Below, piece after piece: positions 8,766-18,651 of a DNA stretch of 64,000 nt (position 1 is its first letter; every line of letters starts with the position of its first letter). The notes beneath the pieces were generated by a model that worked only from the letters and a program-made list of their open reading frames with translations, did no database searches and was not told where the DNA came from. Source of the DNA: Deltaproteobacteria bacterium (lineage in GTDB: Bacteria; Desulfobacterota; Deferrimicrobia; Deferrimicrobiales; Deferrimicrobiaceae); the NCBI GenBank assembly GCA_037439645.1, contig JBBIVQ010000003.1:3879-67878 (forward strand). Reading direction: 5' to 3'. A program made the translations under genes and the position numbers.

Positions 8766-11700
8766 GGCGTCGTCCTCTCGGTGATCCCGACGAAGTCGGG
8801 CACCGGGACCACGGGAAACGCGAATTCCATTTTTCTGTCGAACAGGGCGGGACGCAGCGCCCGGAGCCGGTCGCGGCTTTTCGCGATGAAGGGATCGAAG
8901 TGATCCGCGGCCACCGCCCGGCGCAGATTGTTCCGGTAACTCTCCACGGCGCGTTCCTCGATCGGCACGGCGCGCTCTTCGAGGAGGAACACGTATTCCT
9001 CCTTCTCCTCCGCGGAGAGATCCGAAGGCGGCGGCGAGGCGAGGATCGCTCCCCGGAAATCCTCGAGCCCTTCGCCGATGCGATGGAAGGACGCCGATAC
9101 GGTCGAGGCGTCACCGACCCCGATCGCTTCCGCGTACAGTTCGGCGCACCGCGCGAGCGCCCGCTGCTTCGCGGCGAGCGACGGTTCGAGCGGCGGGACG
9201 ATCCGCAGCGGCCGGTAGGCGCGATAGCGGATCTCCGCGCGTTGGAAGAGGGCGCGGCCCGCCACTTCGGGGGCGACTCCGCCCTTCTCGCGGTGGAGGC
9301 GCACGGCGCGTTCGAACAACGGTTCCGCCCCTGCCTCGTCCCCTTCCGCGAGGGCGCTTTCCCCCGCGCGGAAGAGAGCGAGGATCCGCATCTCCGCCGG
9401 AGCGGAAGGGAGGGCGGACATCTCGACGTACGACCGGCGCGAGCGAATCCCGTCCTTCCCCTGTCCGAACAGTTCCGCCGCGCGGAAGAGGTTTCTGCCC
9501 CTTCCCTCGTCGTTCCCCTCGAACGTCGCGAGCCGCGCGAAGCGCTCCGCCGCCGCGGTCGGGTTCCCGGACCTCTCGTACAGCGCCGCGAGCCGCCGCA
9601 TCCCTTCGGGGACAAGGGGGGATCCGGCGTGCCCGTTTTCGAGGGAAAGGAACGCCCCGATCGCCTCGGCGTCCTTCCCGGCGTCGGCGAAGGCGGCTCC
9701 CGCCCGGAAACGCGCCTCGGGGACGATCTGGAGACGCGGAAATTCGGATGCGATCCGGAGGAAGAGGGAGCCTGCCTCTCCGCCCCGGGCGGCGGGGATG
9801 CGTTCCGCCGCCCGGAACATCGAGAACCCGATCCACTTCTCGATCTCCCCGCGCTCCTCCGGAACGGGTCCCGCGGCGAGGACGATGCGGAACGCCTTTT
9901 CCGCGTCGGTGAAGCGGCCCGACTCGAACGCCGCCTCTCCGGCGATGCGGTACGCGGCGCGAAGTTCCGAGGGAGCCCGGGTGCCCCGGCCCGCGAGGGT
10001 CGCCGCCTCCGCGGCATCGTCCCACTCTTTCCGCAGGAAATGCGCCCTCGCGCGATCGAGGCGAACGAGGAACAAACGGTCCCCGGCGGGGAATGCCCGC
10101 TCGTACTCCCTCGCCAGCCGGGTGACTTCCGCCTGCGTTTCCGGTTTCCCCGGGGAGGAGAGATCCTTCGCGCACTGGACGCCCATGTAGGCGGCCGCCT
10201 CCCCCCTCGATCCCCCGGGGCGGCGCGCCACCGGCTCGAACGCCCGGAGGGCTTCCTCCTTCCGTCCGTCCTCGTAGAGGAGCCATGCCCGTTGGTAGGC
10301 GACTTCCTCCGCCTTCGGGGAGGAGGGGTAGTTCGCCAACAGCCCGTCGTACAGCGCGAGGACACGACGGCGATCGCCCGGGGGAGCGGCCCGGGCCGCG
10401 GCGTGGAAATGGAACCCCGCCGCCGCCAGTCCCTCCATCGCCATCGCGTCGGCGCGGGCGATCTCCCCGGAAGTTCTCCCGGCCGCGGACCGCCACGCGG
10501 TCCCCGGTCCGAACAGGCCGACCGACGATCCGCGGCGGGCCATGCTCTCGTCGTCCTTCTTCGCCTTCTTGAGGGCATCGACCGCGGTTTCTTCCGCGTC
10601 GAGCCGCTCGGCCGCCGTCGGGTACGAGGCCCCGAGCCGGGTCGCGACCTCGGCCGCTTCCTCGTACCGGTTCTGGGCGTCGAGGATTCCCTCGATCGAC
10701 AGGAGGACCGCCGCCCCCTCGGAGTCTCCCCGCCTCTCCTTCAGGAAAGCCACCGCATCCCGCTCGATCCCGGCTTCCACGAGCGCCCGCGCCGTCATCC
10801 GGCGAGCCTCTCCCCGAAGGCCGCCGGAAGCGGATCCCGCCGAAGAGAGCAGCGCGGAGTCGAGAAACGCCGGGGCCGCCTCCCGCGGACGGCTCTGGAG
10901 GAAGAGGGACCACCCGAGCTTGAACCGGGCGGTCGTCCGGAGTTCCGTCGGCGCCGAGTCGCGGACCTTCCCGTAGGCGGATTCCGAACCGGGGAAGTCG
11001 TACCGGTCGAACCGGTGCTCCCCGATCCGGAGATTCGCCTCGTCGGCGTACCGGGTGGCGGGAAACCGGACGAGGAGTTCCTCGAGTGCGAGGACCGCAT
11101 CGTCCTCCGCTCCCGACTCCTGCAGGCAGGATGCGAGCGCGTAGCGGGCATGCTCCTCGTAACGGCCGTTCGGAAATTCCGTCAGCAACCGCCGGAAGAG
11201 CGCAGTCGGAACAGCGAGATCGGGAGCGTTCTTTCGTTCGCCTTCCTTCCCCCCGTAGAAACGCCGGAACGCTTCCTCGAACCGGAGCGCCGCCAGCGCG
11301 TAGATCGACTCGTCCGTGTGAGGATCCCGTTCCCCGGAAGGAGAAAGGGAAGCTTCGAGATGGCGGATCGCCTCGGCCAAGAGGTCCGGCGGCGGGGGAG
11401 CGACATCCCCGCGCGGCGCCGATTTCCCTTCGAGAATCCACTCCGCGGCCGCGCGTCCGGCGAGGTGGCGCATCGCGCGGGATTTCCGTTCCAGCGCCGC
11501 GAGGACCGACCGGCGGACAGCGGAGAGCGCGCCGTCGGCCGCGGGTTTCAGTTCATCGTGGCGTGTCCGCAAACGGGCCGCGGCGCCCGACATCCGGTGT
11601 TCGTATCCCGCGAGGTTCCCTTCCCATTCCGACAGCCGCCCGATTTCGAGGGAAAGGCGGGAGGCGGCTTTCGCGGCCCTTGCCGCTCCCTCCTCCCCGC

Positions 11701-12598
11701 GACGGACCGCGTCTGCCGCATCGTCCAGCATGCGGTTCGCGCGGGCGGCGTACGCCCCTTTCCACCGATTCCACGCCCGGCCACGGAGCAATGCGATCTT
11801 CGCTTCGATCGATGCCGCGCTATCCTCCGCGCGTCCGAGGCGGTCGATGGCGAAGTAGAGCATTCGCCGGTCTTCCGGCGGCAGGGATCGCGCATTCCGT
11901 CCTTCCACGATCGACCGTGCGGCGGCCTGCATCCTGTATATCCTGGCGGATAAACCCGACAGGTTCTCCGACGCCTCCCCGAAGAGCGCGGCCGTTTTCG
12001 CGTCCGTCCGTTCGCCGAACTCCCCGATGGAGATGTCGTCCGCCGCGCGGAACACGCGACCTGGAACCCCGGAGGAGAACCGCACGCCGTCCCGGTACCG
12101 GCTTCCGGCCCGCTCCGCCCGCTCCCGCCGTGCGAGGAGTTCCCCCCGGCGCGTCCGCGCGGCCACGGACAGTCGCCCTGATTCCCGCCCGAGGGACAGC
12201 GCGCGCTCTTCCGCCGCATGGAGGCTCCGTCGCAGGGAGGACAGCGCAAGGAAGGATCGCGACGCGGGAACGAGCGGAGCGTCGTCCTCTCCCGGCGGAT
12301 ACAGGCCGAACAACGCGTCGATCGACCGGCGGGCGTCCGGGTCGGTCCCGTCCCACGGCGGGAGCCCCTCGAGCGCGTTTCTCCACCGGCCGATCTCCGC
12401 GATCCCTTCCCGGGCCGCATCGAGCGCCTTCGACCGCTCGTTCGAGAGGAGGAGCGCGGCGGACGCGGCGTACCGGGATCTTGCGGCGCCGGGGAACCCG
12501 CGTGCGGCATTGTCCGGCGATCCCGGGAGTCCCTGCGCCGATGCGACCGCGGGGAGGAGAAGAAACGCGAGGACCGGGACGAAATGGACCGGCCGCAT
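8762..12598 (-). CDS. Giant secreted TPR-repeat protein (1278 aa)
   Basis: Signal peptide MRPVHFVPVLAFLLLPAVASA. Multiple TPR/YbgF-like repeats (e.g. YALASCLQESGAEDDAVLALEELLVRFP). It is colinear and start/stop-overlapping with its neighbours. The shadow ORFs in the other frames have no family resemblance. Confidence 0.7.
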   Translation of the reverse strand: MRPVHFVPVLAFLLLPAVASAQGLPGSPDNAARGFPGAARSRYAASAALLLSNERSKALDAAREGIAEIGRWRNALEGLPPWDGTDPDARRSIDALFGLYPPGEDDAPLVPASRSFLALSSLRRSLHAAEERALSLGRESGRLSVAARTRRGELLARRERAERAGSRYRDGVRFSSGVPGRVFRAADDISIGEFGERTDAKTAALFGEASENLSGLSARIYRMQAAARSIVEGRNARSLPPEDRRMLYFAIDRLGRAEDSAASIEAKIALLRGRAWNRWKGAYAARANRMLDDAADAVRRGEEGAARAAKAASRLSLEIGRLSEWEGNLAGYEHRMSGAAARLRTRHDELKPAADGALSAVRRSVLAALERKSRAMRHLAGRAAAEWILEGKSAPRGDVAPPPPDLLAEAIRHLEASLSPSGERDPHTDESIYALAALRFEEAFRRFYGGKEGERKNAPDLAVPTALFRRLLTEFPNGRYEEHARYALASCLQESGAEDDAVLALEELLVRFPATRYADEANLRIGEHRFDRYDFPGSESAYGKVRDSAPTELRTTARFKLGWSLFLQSRPREAAPAFLDSALLSSAGSASGGLRGEARRMTARALVEAGIERDAVAFLKERRGDSEGAAVLLSIEGILDAQNRYEEAAEVATRLGASYPTAAERLDAEETAVDALKKAKKDDESMARRGSSVGLFGPGTAWRSAAGRTSGEIARADAMAMEGLAAAGFHFHAAARAAPPGDRRRVLALYDGLLANYPSSPKAEEVAYQRAWLLYEDGRKEEALRAFEPVARRPGGSRGEAAAYMGVQCAKDLSSPGKPETQAEVTRLAREYERAFPAGDRLFLVRLDRARAHFLRKEWDDAAEAATLAGRGTRAPSELRAAYRIAGEAAFESGRFTDAEKAFRIVLAAGPVPEERGEIEKWIGFSMFRAAERIPAARGGEAGSLFLRIASEFPRLQIVPEARFRAGAAFADAGKDAEAIGAFLSLENGHAGSPLVPEGMRRLAALYERSGNPTAAAERFARLATFEGNDEGRGRNLFRAAELFGQGKDGIRSRRSYVEMSALPSAPAEMRILALFRAGESALAEGDEAGAEPLFERAVRLHREKGGVAPEVAGRALFQRAEIRYRAYRPLRIVPPLEPSLAAKQRALARCAELYAEAIGVGDASTVSASFHRIGEGLEDFRGAILASPPPSDLSAEEKEEYVFLLEERAVPIEERAVESYRNNLRRAVAADHFDPFIAKSRDRLRALRPALFDRKMEFAFPVVPVPDFVGITERTTP

Positions 12599-13132
12599 CT
12601 ATTTCTCCGGGGAAACGACGAGCGCCGCCCCGTTTCCGTCCTTCGTGAAAACGAGCGACAGGCGGAGAGTGAACGTCTCCCCTCCCTTCACGGAAGGCCG
12701 GAATTCGAAGGAGGGGGACTGGGTCGAGTACGGATGGGAGAGGACGAGCCGCGCCTCGTACGATCCCGGCAACAAGGGGACGTTCCAGACGATCGGTCCG
12801 GAGCCCGAATGGAATGCGTCCCGTTCCTCCTTGGGGAACTCGCGCTCCGCTTCCGCCTTCCCCGCGAGGAACAGTTTCGCGGAGACGGGGGACGCGATCT
12901 CCCCGACCCTCCGGATCTCGATCCGCAACGAGGTCGCTTTCGGGACGGCGACGATCTCCTCGATCCGGGCAAGCTCGGACGACAGGGTGTCCATTTCCCG
13001 CAGGACGGAATGCAGCTCCTTCCCGATCGCCTCGGTCGCGTCTTCCGCGGCCGGGCTCGCGCGGGGAGTCGCGGCGAGCCCGAGGAGGGGGAGGAACAGC
13101 AGGAGGGCGGCGAGAGGGAGCGGGTTCTTCAT
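12599..13132 (-). CDS. Secreted hypothetical protein (177 aa)
   Basis: The start is taken at the internal ATG, giving MKNPLPLAALLLFLPLLGLAATP (signal peptide). The ORF-track N-terminal extension is Arg/Gly-rich junk. ATGA overlap with the upstream gene. Confidence 0.55.
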   Translation of the reverse strand: MKNPLPLAALLLFLPLLGLAATPRASPAAEDATEAIGKELHSVLREMDTLSSELARIEEIVAVPKATSLRIEIRRVGEIASPVSAKLFLAGKAEAEREFPKEERDAFHSGSGPIVWNVPLLPGSYEARLVLSHPYSTQSPSFEFRPSVKGGETFTLRLSLVFTKDGNGAALVVSPEK

Positions 13133-14637
13133 TGCGGGTTCCTTTCTGCGGTGGCCCCGGTCGGCTCCCGGACGATTCCGTACGGAAGGGAGACGCTGAG
13201 GATCGGAGACGTGGGCGACTGCGGGGAGAGAGCGACCGGCCCGAAGATGCGGACCAGTTTCCTGGACGGCGTCCCCGCGAACAGGACGAGGGTGAGAAAG
13301 GCGCGGCAAGGCTTTTTCCCCCTGTAATACTCCACGGCGAAGGAGTACTCCCCCTCGACGTCCTTCTCGATCGAAAACACCTCGGGGCCGTACCCCTTCC
13401 GGTTGTCGATCCAGAGCTTCCCCTCGGGGATGGCGCCCGGCGCGTCGAGCGGGTCGGCCGCGTCGAACCAGGTGTGCCGCCCCGACCGGTCGGTCACGTG
13501 GAGGTCGAGATCCACGTCGTCCTCGTCCCAATGGAGAATCGCCATCAAGGGGCGGTCCGGAACCCCCCGGGCCGGGGCGGAACGGATCGCGCTGATCCCC
13601 GCCTGTCCGGCCGTGTCCAGCGCCTCCACCTGGAACGTGTCCTCCTCCGTCATCAGGATCGCCGGCTGTTCGAAGTTCCCGTCCTCGCGGACCCGGATGT
13701 TCCGGGGGATGGCGTTCTGGATCAGGAACGCTTCCCGCAGCGGCGTCTTGCTCCGGATCGAACCCCGTACGACGACGACGGGGGAGCGCGTCACGTCGGT
13801 CACGTCCCCCTCCCCGGGGGAGGCGATTTCGATCGTGGGACGGGGCGGAACGTAGCGGACGGTCCTCGTCGCGCGGACGGCCCGGCCGAACGGGTCCAGG
13901 CCGGTCACGACGATCGGGTTATCCCCCGGCCGGAGGGAGATCGGGGCCTCGAACACGCCGTCCCGGACCGTCACCGTGCGGGCGTCCTCCCCGATCGTGA
14001 CGGAGACGACGCGGATCGAGGAGTCCGTCCTCCCGCGGAGCATGTGATTCGACCGGTCGGTCGCCTTTCCCGGCGGCTCGACGAGCACGATCTCCGCGGG
14101 GCGCGGGAGGTCGACTTCCCGCTTCACTTCGGGGGGAGGGCGGCGCCGGAGCCAGCCGCTGCCGAGGAACCCGGTGACCTCTACCTTCTGGTACCGGGAG
14201 AATCCGGAAAGGCGACGCTCGTCGAGGGAGCGGGGCTCCTCCCTGCCCGGCAGGAGAAGGATCCGGTCGGCGGGGATTCCGGAAGACCGGAGCCGCAGCG
14301 CAACGGCCTGCGCGACGTCGTTGGCGAGGGAGACGTTCTCCCCCGCCCGCCCGATCGCGTCGAGCGATACCCGGAGCAGAAGGAAGATCTCGTCGCGCTT
14401 GCGCATCTGTTCCCGGAAATAGGCGATCTCGGCCCCCTGCTGCCCGGTCCACCCGTCCATCCGCAGATCTTCGAGAGGGTACGCCGCCTTGAAGACGATG
14501 TCCGCTTCGGGGAGGGTGAATCCGGGCGGAAAATCGGCGACGGGGATCTTCCAGGCTCCGGCCGGGGCGGGAAGAGGGTGCGAGGAAAGGAGGGCGGCGA
14601 CCGCGAGAACGCCCAGGGAATGATGGTGGAAGCGCAT
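13129..14637 (-). CDS. Secreted hypothetical protein with a degenerate OmpA-like N-domain, an Ig-like middle and a conserved C-terminal domain
   Basis: 502 aa from MRFHHHSLGVLAVAALL (signal peptide). GENVSLANDVAQAVALRLRSSGIPADRIL resembles the OmpA_C peptidoglycan-binding motif. The C-terminal ...LWIDNRKGYGPEVFSIEKDVEGEYSFAVEYYRGKK... looks like a conserved beta-sandwich domain; this family assignment is a guess. Confidence 0.55.
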   Translation of the reverse strand: MRFHHHSLGVLAVAALLSSHPLPAPAGAWKIPVADFPPGFTLPEADIVFKAAYPLEDLRMDGWTGQQGAEIAYFREQMRKRDEIFLLLRVSLDAIGRAGENVSLANDVAQAVALRLRSSGIPADRILLLPGREEPRSLDERRLSGFSRYQKVEVTGFLGSGWLRRRPPPEVKREVDLPRPAEIVLVEPPGKATDRSNHMLRGRTDSSIRVVSVTIGEDARTVTVRDGVFEAPISLRPGDNPIVVTGLDPFGRAVRATRTVRYVPPRPTIEIASPGEGDVTDVTRSPVVVVRGSIRSKTPLREAFLIQNAIPRNIRVREDGNFEQPAILMTEEDTFQVEALDTAGQAGISAIRSAPARGVPDRPLMAILHWDEDDVDLDLHVTDRSGRHTWFDAADPLDAPGAIPEGKLWIDNRKGYGPEVFSIEKDVEGEYSFAVEYYRGKKPCRAFLTLVLFAGTPSRKLVRIFGPVALSPQSPTSPILSVSLPYGIVREPTGATAERNPQ

Positions 14638-14680
14638 CGGGCCTCTTTGCGGAGGATTGACGTCTACCCGTGGAATGCTA

Positions 14681-16717
14681 TCACGGGAAGATCCCTCTTC
14701 GAAGGCGATCCGCAAGGGAGAACGCTTCCTCCCGCGCGGCCGGCGGGAGAGGCGCCCGGCCGAAGCGGTCCCGGTGGTACAGGCCGAGGAAGCGGGACGC
14801 GTCCCCGGAAAGGCCGGGGCGCGACCGGACCGCGGCGGTCAGCGTCTCTTCGAGGGTCTCTCCCGCGCTCCTCCGGAAGCGGGTCCGTTCGAGGCGGCGG
14901 ACGAGGCGCGCGTACGGACCGGGGAGCGGAGGAATCCGGATCGGGGATCCCTTCCCCCCGGGGATCCGCCGCTTCCGAAGAATCCGGCGGAGCAGGACCA
15001 GCGTGGCGGCAGCGAGGAGCGCTCCCCCCGCGGCGCGCCGGGTGGATGCGTCGATCCCGCCCCATCCTCCGAACCGGAAGGCGGCGCGGGACCGGCGGAC
15101 CGCGCGCATTCCTTCCCGCACGGCGTCGGCCTGCATCCGCATGGAGTAGTTGACCACGTATTTGTCCCAGCGATGGCGGAGCCAGTCCGCGTACAGCCCG
15201 ATCGTCCCCGTGCGCGTCCGGAAAGGGAAGGAGTCGCCCGCGGGGGGCGTCGCGTCGATCGTGACCCAGCGCCCGTCGATCCACGCCTCCACCCACGCGT
15301 GCGCGTCCGATTGCCGGACGATCAGGTACTTCCCGATCCCGTTCCACTCGCCGCCGAGGTACCCGGCCGCGACGCGGGAAGGGATCCCGGCGCCGCGAAG
15401 GAGCAACGAGAGGGCGGCCGCGTAATGCTCGCAGTAGCCGGCCCGCTTCCGGAAGAGGAACTCCCGGAGGGATGCCGCGGGGTCGGCGAGGGTGTAGCGG
15501 AAGCCGGACCGGAAGAAGGCCACGATCCGCTTCGCGCGTTCGTCGTCGGTCCCCGCGCTCCCGGCGACCTGCCGCGAAAGGGTCCGGACGTCCTCGTACC
15601 CCGCGGGAAAAGAGAGATCTTCCGCTCCCGGGCGGCGTCCGGTTCGGGATCGTCGCGGAAGTTCCGGGGCGAACCGGACCCGGTATCGAAGCGTCGGATG
15701 AACGGGACGCGCAAGGGAGAAGTTCCCTTCCCCGTCGGAGAGGACGGGCGCGAACGCTCCCTCGATCATGGCCGGATGGCCGTAGGTGAAGAGAGCGGGG
15801 TGGTCCGCCGCCTCGAGGGTGATGTCCGCCGTGGCGTCCGCGATGAAGGCTTCTTCCACGAAGTGCCGGAACCCGGCCCGTTGCAGGGGGAGGGGGGCGG
15901 CGCCTCCCCGGCGCCAGGCCCCGTCCTCGTACCTGGAGTACACCGCGCCCCGGAGGTAGAGGTTCGCCGGGGGAACGCCCGGCCCCGGCCCCGGGAACTC
16001 CACCCTCGCCACCACCCGCCGGTCCGTCTTGATGTCCGTCACCTCGCGGAGGCCGATCGTCCCGGAGAAGCCGACGACGCCGCGTCCCCGTCCGAACCGT
16101 TCGAGGATCTGTCGGAATTCGAGACGGGGGATGATCGCGAACAGGACCGCCGAGGCGAGAAAACCGCCGATCCCCGCGGCCAGGATCGCCGCCGCCGCGT
16201 GCCGCGCCGGGACCGCGTACCCTCCCGGCGGGCGCCCCGCCTCTTCCGACTCCAGGTCGTGAAGGGCTCCCATCGCCCCCGCGGAGGCGACGAAGAACAG
16301 GAACGCGAAGAAGGCGAACGACAGGTCGTCCGTCACGGAAGCGGCGGCGAGGAACTCGAGAAGGGCGACGGCGGCAAGCTGCCATCCGTCCCGGCTTCCC
16401 TTGGGGAGGAGGAACTTCACCGATTGCACACCGATCGCGAGGAGCGAAAACGAGGTGAGGAGGTCCCGGCTTCCGGACAGGAAGTCCGCGGCGGCGGCCG
16501 CGAGGAAAAGGGCGACCACCGGCGACCCGAACCGGGAGAGGGCGGCGCGCGGCGTCCCGACCCGGTCCATCGCGACGCCGGCGGCGAAGGCGCCGGCGTC
16601 GAGAAGGAGGGCCCATCGCGGCGCGTCGGTGTACAGGGCGAGGAGGCCGACCGCCGTCGCCCATTGGGCGCGCAGGGACCACCACAGGAGTTCCCGGGTC
16701 GAAAGCCGATCGCTCAT
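14681..16717 (-). CDS. Transglutaminase-like protein with N-terminal multi-TM (DUF3488-like) region
   Basis: GYCEHYAAALSLLLRGAGIPSRVAAGY...SDAHAWVEAW is the transglutaminase core Cys-His-Asp region, with N-terminal hydrophobic helices. The start is taken at MSDRLSTREL (16717), which forms an ATGA overlap with the DUF58 stop. Confidence 0.8.
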   Translation of the reverse strand: MSDRLSTRELLWWSLRAQWATAVGLLALYTDAPRWALLLDAGAFAAGVAMDRVGTPRAALSRFGSPVVALFLAAAAADFLSGSRDLLTSFSLLAIGVQSVKFLLPKGSRDGWQLAAVALLEFLAAASVTDDLSFAFFAFLFFVASAGAMGALHDLESEEAGRPPGGYAVPARHAAAAILAAGIGGFLASAVLFAIIPRLEFRQILERFGRGRGVVGFSGTIGLREVTDIKTDRRVVARVEFPGPGPGVPPANLYLRGAVYSRYEDGAWRRGGAAPLPLQRAGFRHFVEEAFIADATADITLEAADHPALFTYGHPAMIEGAFAPVLSDGEGNFSLARPVHPTLRYRVRFAPELPRRSRTGRRPGAEDLSFPAGYEDVRTLSRQVAGSAGTDDERAKRIVAFFRSGFRYTLADPAASLREFLFRKRAGYCEHYAAALSLLLRGAGIPSRVAAGYLGGEWNGIGKYLIVRQSDAHAWVEAWIDGRWVTIDATPPAGDSFPFRTRTGTIGLYADWLRHRWDKYVVNYSMRMQADAVREGMRAVRRSRAAFRFGGWGGIDASTRRAAGGALLAAATLVLLRRILRKRRIPGGKGSPIRIPPLPGPYARLVRRLERTRFRRSAGETLEETLTAAVRSRPGLSGDASRFLGLYHRDRFGRAPLPPAAREEAFSLADRLRRGIFP

Positions 16718-17658
16718 GACCGCGGCCCGGGCGCGGCCGGATCGAACCGCGCTTTCGAAAGGGCTTCGAGGGCCTTCGCCCGCCGACCCGGGTCGTGCGC
16801 TTCGGCGCAGATCCGGTCCCCGATCCGGAGCCGGAACGGGACGCCTCGCCGCTCGAGTTCGAGCACGGCGCCGCACGCCTCGGAAAGACGGACTTCGAAT
16901 CTTTCCGGAGTGTCGCCCTCTTCCACGAGAAGATCGGCCGCGGGAGAGGCTTCCCCTTCCCGTTCCTTGACCATCCAGCGTCCGGTCCGCGCCGTCGCCT
17001 TCCAGTGGATGTCCCGCACGGGGTCGGAGGGGAGATGCTCCCGCACTCCCCGGGGGAAGGGACCGGCCCGGCCGGAGAGGGAAGGGCGTTCCGACGCCGG
17101 GAGAACGGGAAGTTCCCCGAATCGCGTCCCGGGCGCGGAGGGCCGGGGGTACACGAGGATCCCGGCGGGAACGGGAAGGTCGAGCGATTTCTCGAACAGG
17201 GCGAAGGGAAACCTCGTGGAAAGTGAAGCGTGGAACGATCCGATTTCTCCCCGCAGCGAGGGTCGGAACGGGACGATGCGGGTGACGGATGCTCCCGGGG
17301 CGATGTCCGGGAAGCGGACCGTCACGGAATCTTCTCCGGACCGGAGGATCGCCGCGAGGGAGATCCCGGGGAACCGTTTCGTCCCGGCCGACCCGGTGAC
17401 CGCGAGGAACGCTTCCCCCCCCGCGAACGCCTCCGAGGCGAGGCGTGCCTTCAGCGTCACGTGCCGCAGTGTCGCTTCCGACAGGACGCCCGACAGGAGG
17501 ATCAGCGACAGGTTGAGGCTCAGCGCCATGTAGAGGAGGTTGTTCCCCGTGTTGACGGCGGCGACGCCGATCCCGAGGGTGACGAGGAGGAACGCTTTAC
17601 CCGTGAAGGGGATCCGGAGGCGCCGGGGGAGGCGATACCGGCGGACGGCGGGGTTCAC
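16714..17658 (-). CDS. DUF58 family protein (MoxR partner)
   Basis: N-terminal TM hairpin FLLVTLGIGVAAVNTGNNLLYMALSLNLSLILLSG, plus DIHWKATARTG (the DUF58 conserved DxHWK motif). The start is the GTG at 17658, overlapping the MoxR stop (GTGA). Confidence 0.8.
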   Translation of the reverse strand: MNPAVRRYRLPRRLRIPFTGKAFLLVTLGIGVAAVNTGNNLLYMALSLNLSLILLSGVLSEATLRHVTLKARLASEAFAGGEAFLAVTGSAGTKRFPGISLAAILRSGEDSVTVRFPDIAPGASVTRIVPFRPSLRGEIGSFHASLSTRFPFALFEKSLDLPVPAGILVYPRPSAPGTRFGELPVLPASERPSLSGRAGPFPRGVREHLPSDPVRDIHWKATARTGRWMVKEREGEASPAADLLVEEGDTPERFEVRLSEACGAVLELERRGVPFRLRIGDRICAEAHDPGRRAKALEALSKARFDPAAPGPRS

Positions 17659-18602
17659 AGCGGCGACGGTACCGCCGAGAGGACCTCCTGGAGGATCTCC
17701 CGGGCCGCCTCGGATCCGGCGGCCTCCCCTTTCGGGAAGACGCGGTGGCAGAGGACGGGAATCGCCGCGCGGCGGACGTCCCCGGGGATCACGTGGTCGC
17801 GGCCGGAAAGGAGGGCGAGCGCCTGCGAGGTGCTCTTCAAACCGATCGCTCCCCGGGGGGAGGCGCCCAGGCGGACGGCGGGGTGGGTTCGGGTCGCTTC
17901 CGCGATCCGCTGGATGTAGCCGATGATCGCTTCGTGGACGGTCACCCGGTCGACCTCTTCCCGCAGGGACCGCATCTGCCCGGGCCGCAGCGTCGCCGGG
18001 ATCCCGTTCCTCATCGCGAAGAGATTGTTCTCGCGGATGAGCTGCCGCTCGGAATCGCTGTCGGGGTAGGAGAGGCGGAGCCGGAGATTGAACCGGTCGA
18101 GCTGGGATTCCGGGAGGGCGTACGTTCCGTGCTGGTCGTACGGGTTCTGCGTCGCGATGACGAGGAAAGGCTCGGGCAGCGGATAGGTGCGGTTGTCCAC
18201 CGTCACCTGCCGCTCGCTCATCGCCTCGAGCAGGGCGCTCTGCGCCCTCGGGTTGCCGCGGTTGATCTCGTCGGCGAGCACGACGTTGGCGAACAGCGGT
18301 CCCGGCGAAAAGACGAACGATTTCCGGTCCGGGTCGAGGATGTTCATGCCGACGATATCCTGGGGAAGCGTGTCGCTCGTGAACTGGATCCTCCGGAACG
18401 TTCCCGATATTCCCGAAGAGAGGGCCCTCGCAAGAGTCGTCTTGCCGGTGCCCGGGACGTCCTCGAGGAGAACGTGCCCCCCCGCGATGAAGGAGGCGAT
18501 CGCAAGGTCGACGGACTCCCGTTTCCCGAGCAGTACGGTCCCGACGTTTCCCCGGAACGACGACAGCGATTCGGCGAGCGACTTCCCATCCATGCGATCC
18601 AT
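17655..18602 (-). CDS. MoxR-family AAA+ ATPase
   Basis: LLEDVPGTGKTTLARALS (Walker A), VLADEINR (Walker B), ATQNP (sensor). The start is at MDRMDGKSL (18602); the MDGKSL alternative at 18593 is noted. Confidence 0.9.
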   Translation of the reverse strand: MDRMDGKSLAESLSSFRGNVGTVLLGKRESVDLAIASFIAGGHVLLEDVPGTGKTTLARALSSGISGTFRRIQFTSDTLPQDIVGMNILDPDRKSFVFSPGPLFANVVLADEINRGNPRAQSALLEAMSERQVTVDNRTYPLPEPFLVIATQNPYDQHGTYALPESQLDRFNLRLRLSYPDSDSERQLIRENNLFAMRNGIPATLRPGQMRSLREEVDRVTVHEAIIGYIQRIAEATRTHPAVRLGASPRGAIGLKSTSQALALLSGRDHVIPGDVRRAAIPVLCHRVFPKGEAAGSEAAREILQEVLSAVPSPL

Positions 18603-18651
18603 TATCCCGCATCCCGCCGCCGCTTTGACAAAAATCGGGAATGGTATTTGA

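Noticed and set aside
7663-11953. 971-aa minus-strand and 1124-aa plus-strand ORFs overlapping the giant TPR gene
   Set aside because: No family resemblance and extreme Arg/Pro/Gly bias. The 1278-aa frame has a signal peptide, TPR periodicity and start/stop coupling to its neighbours.
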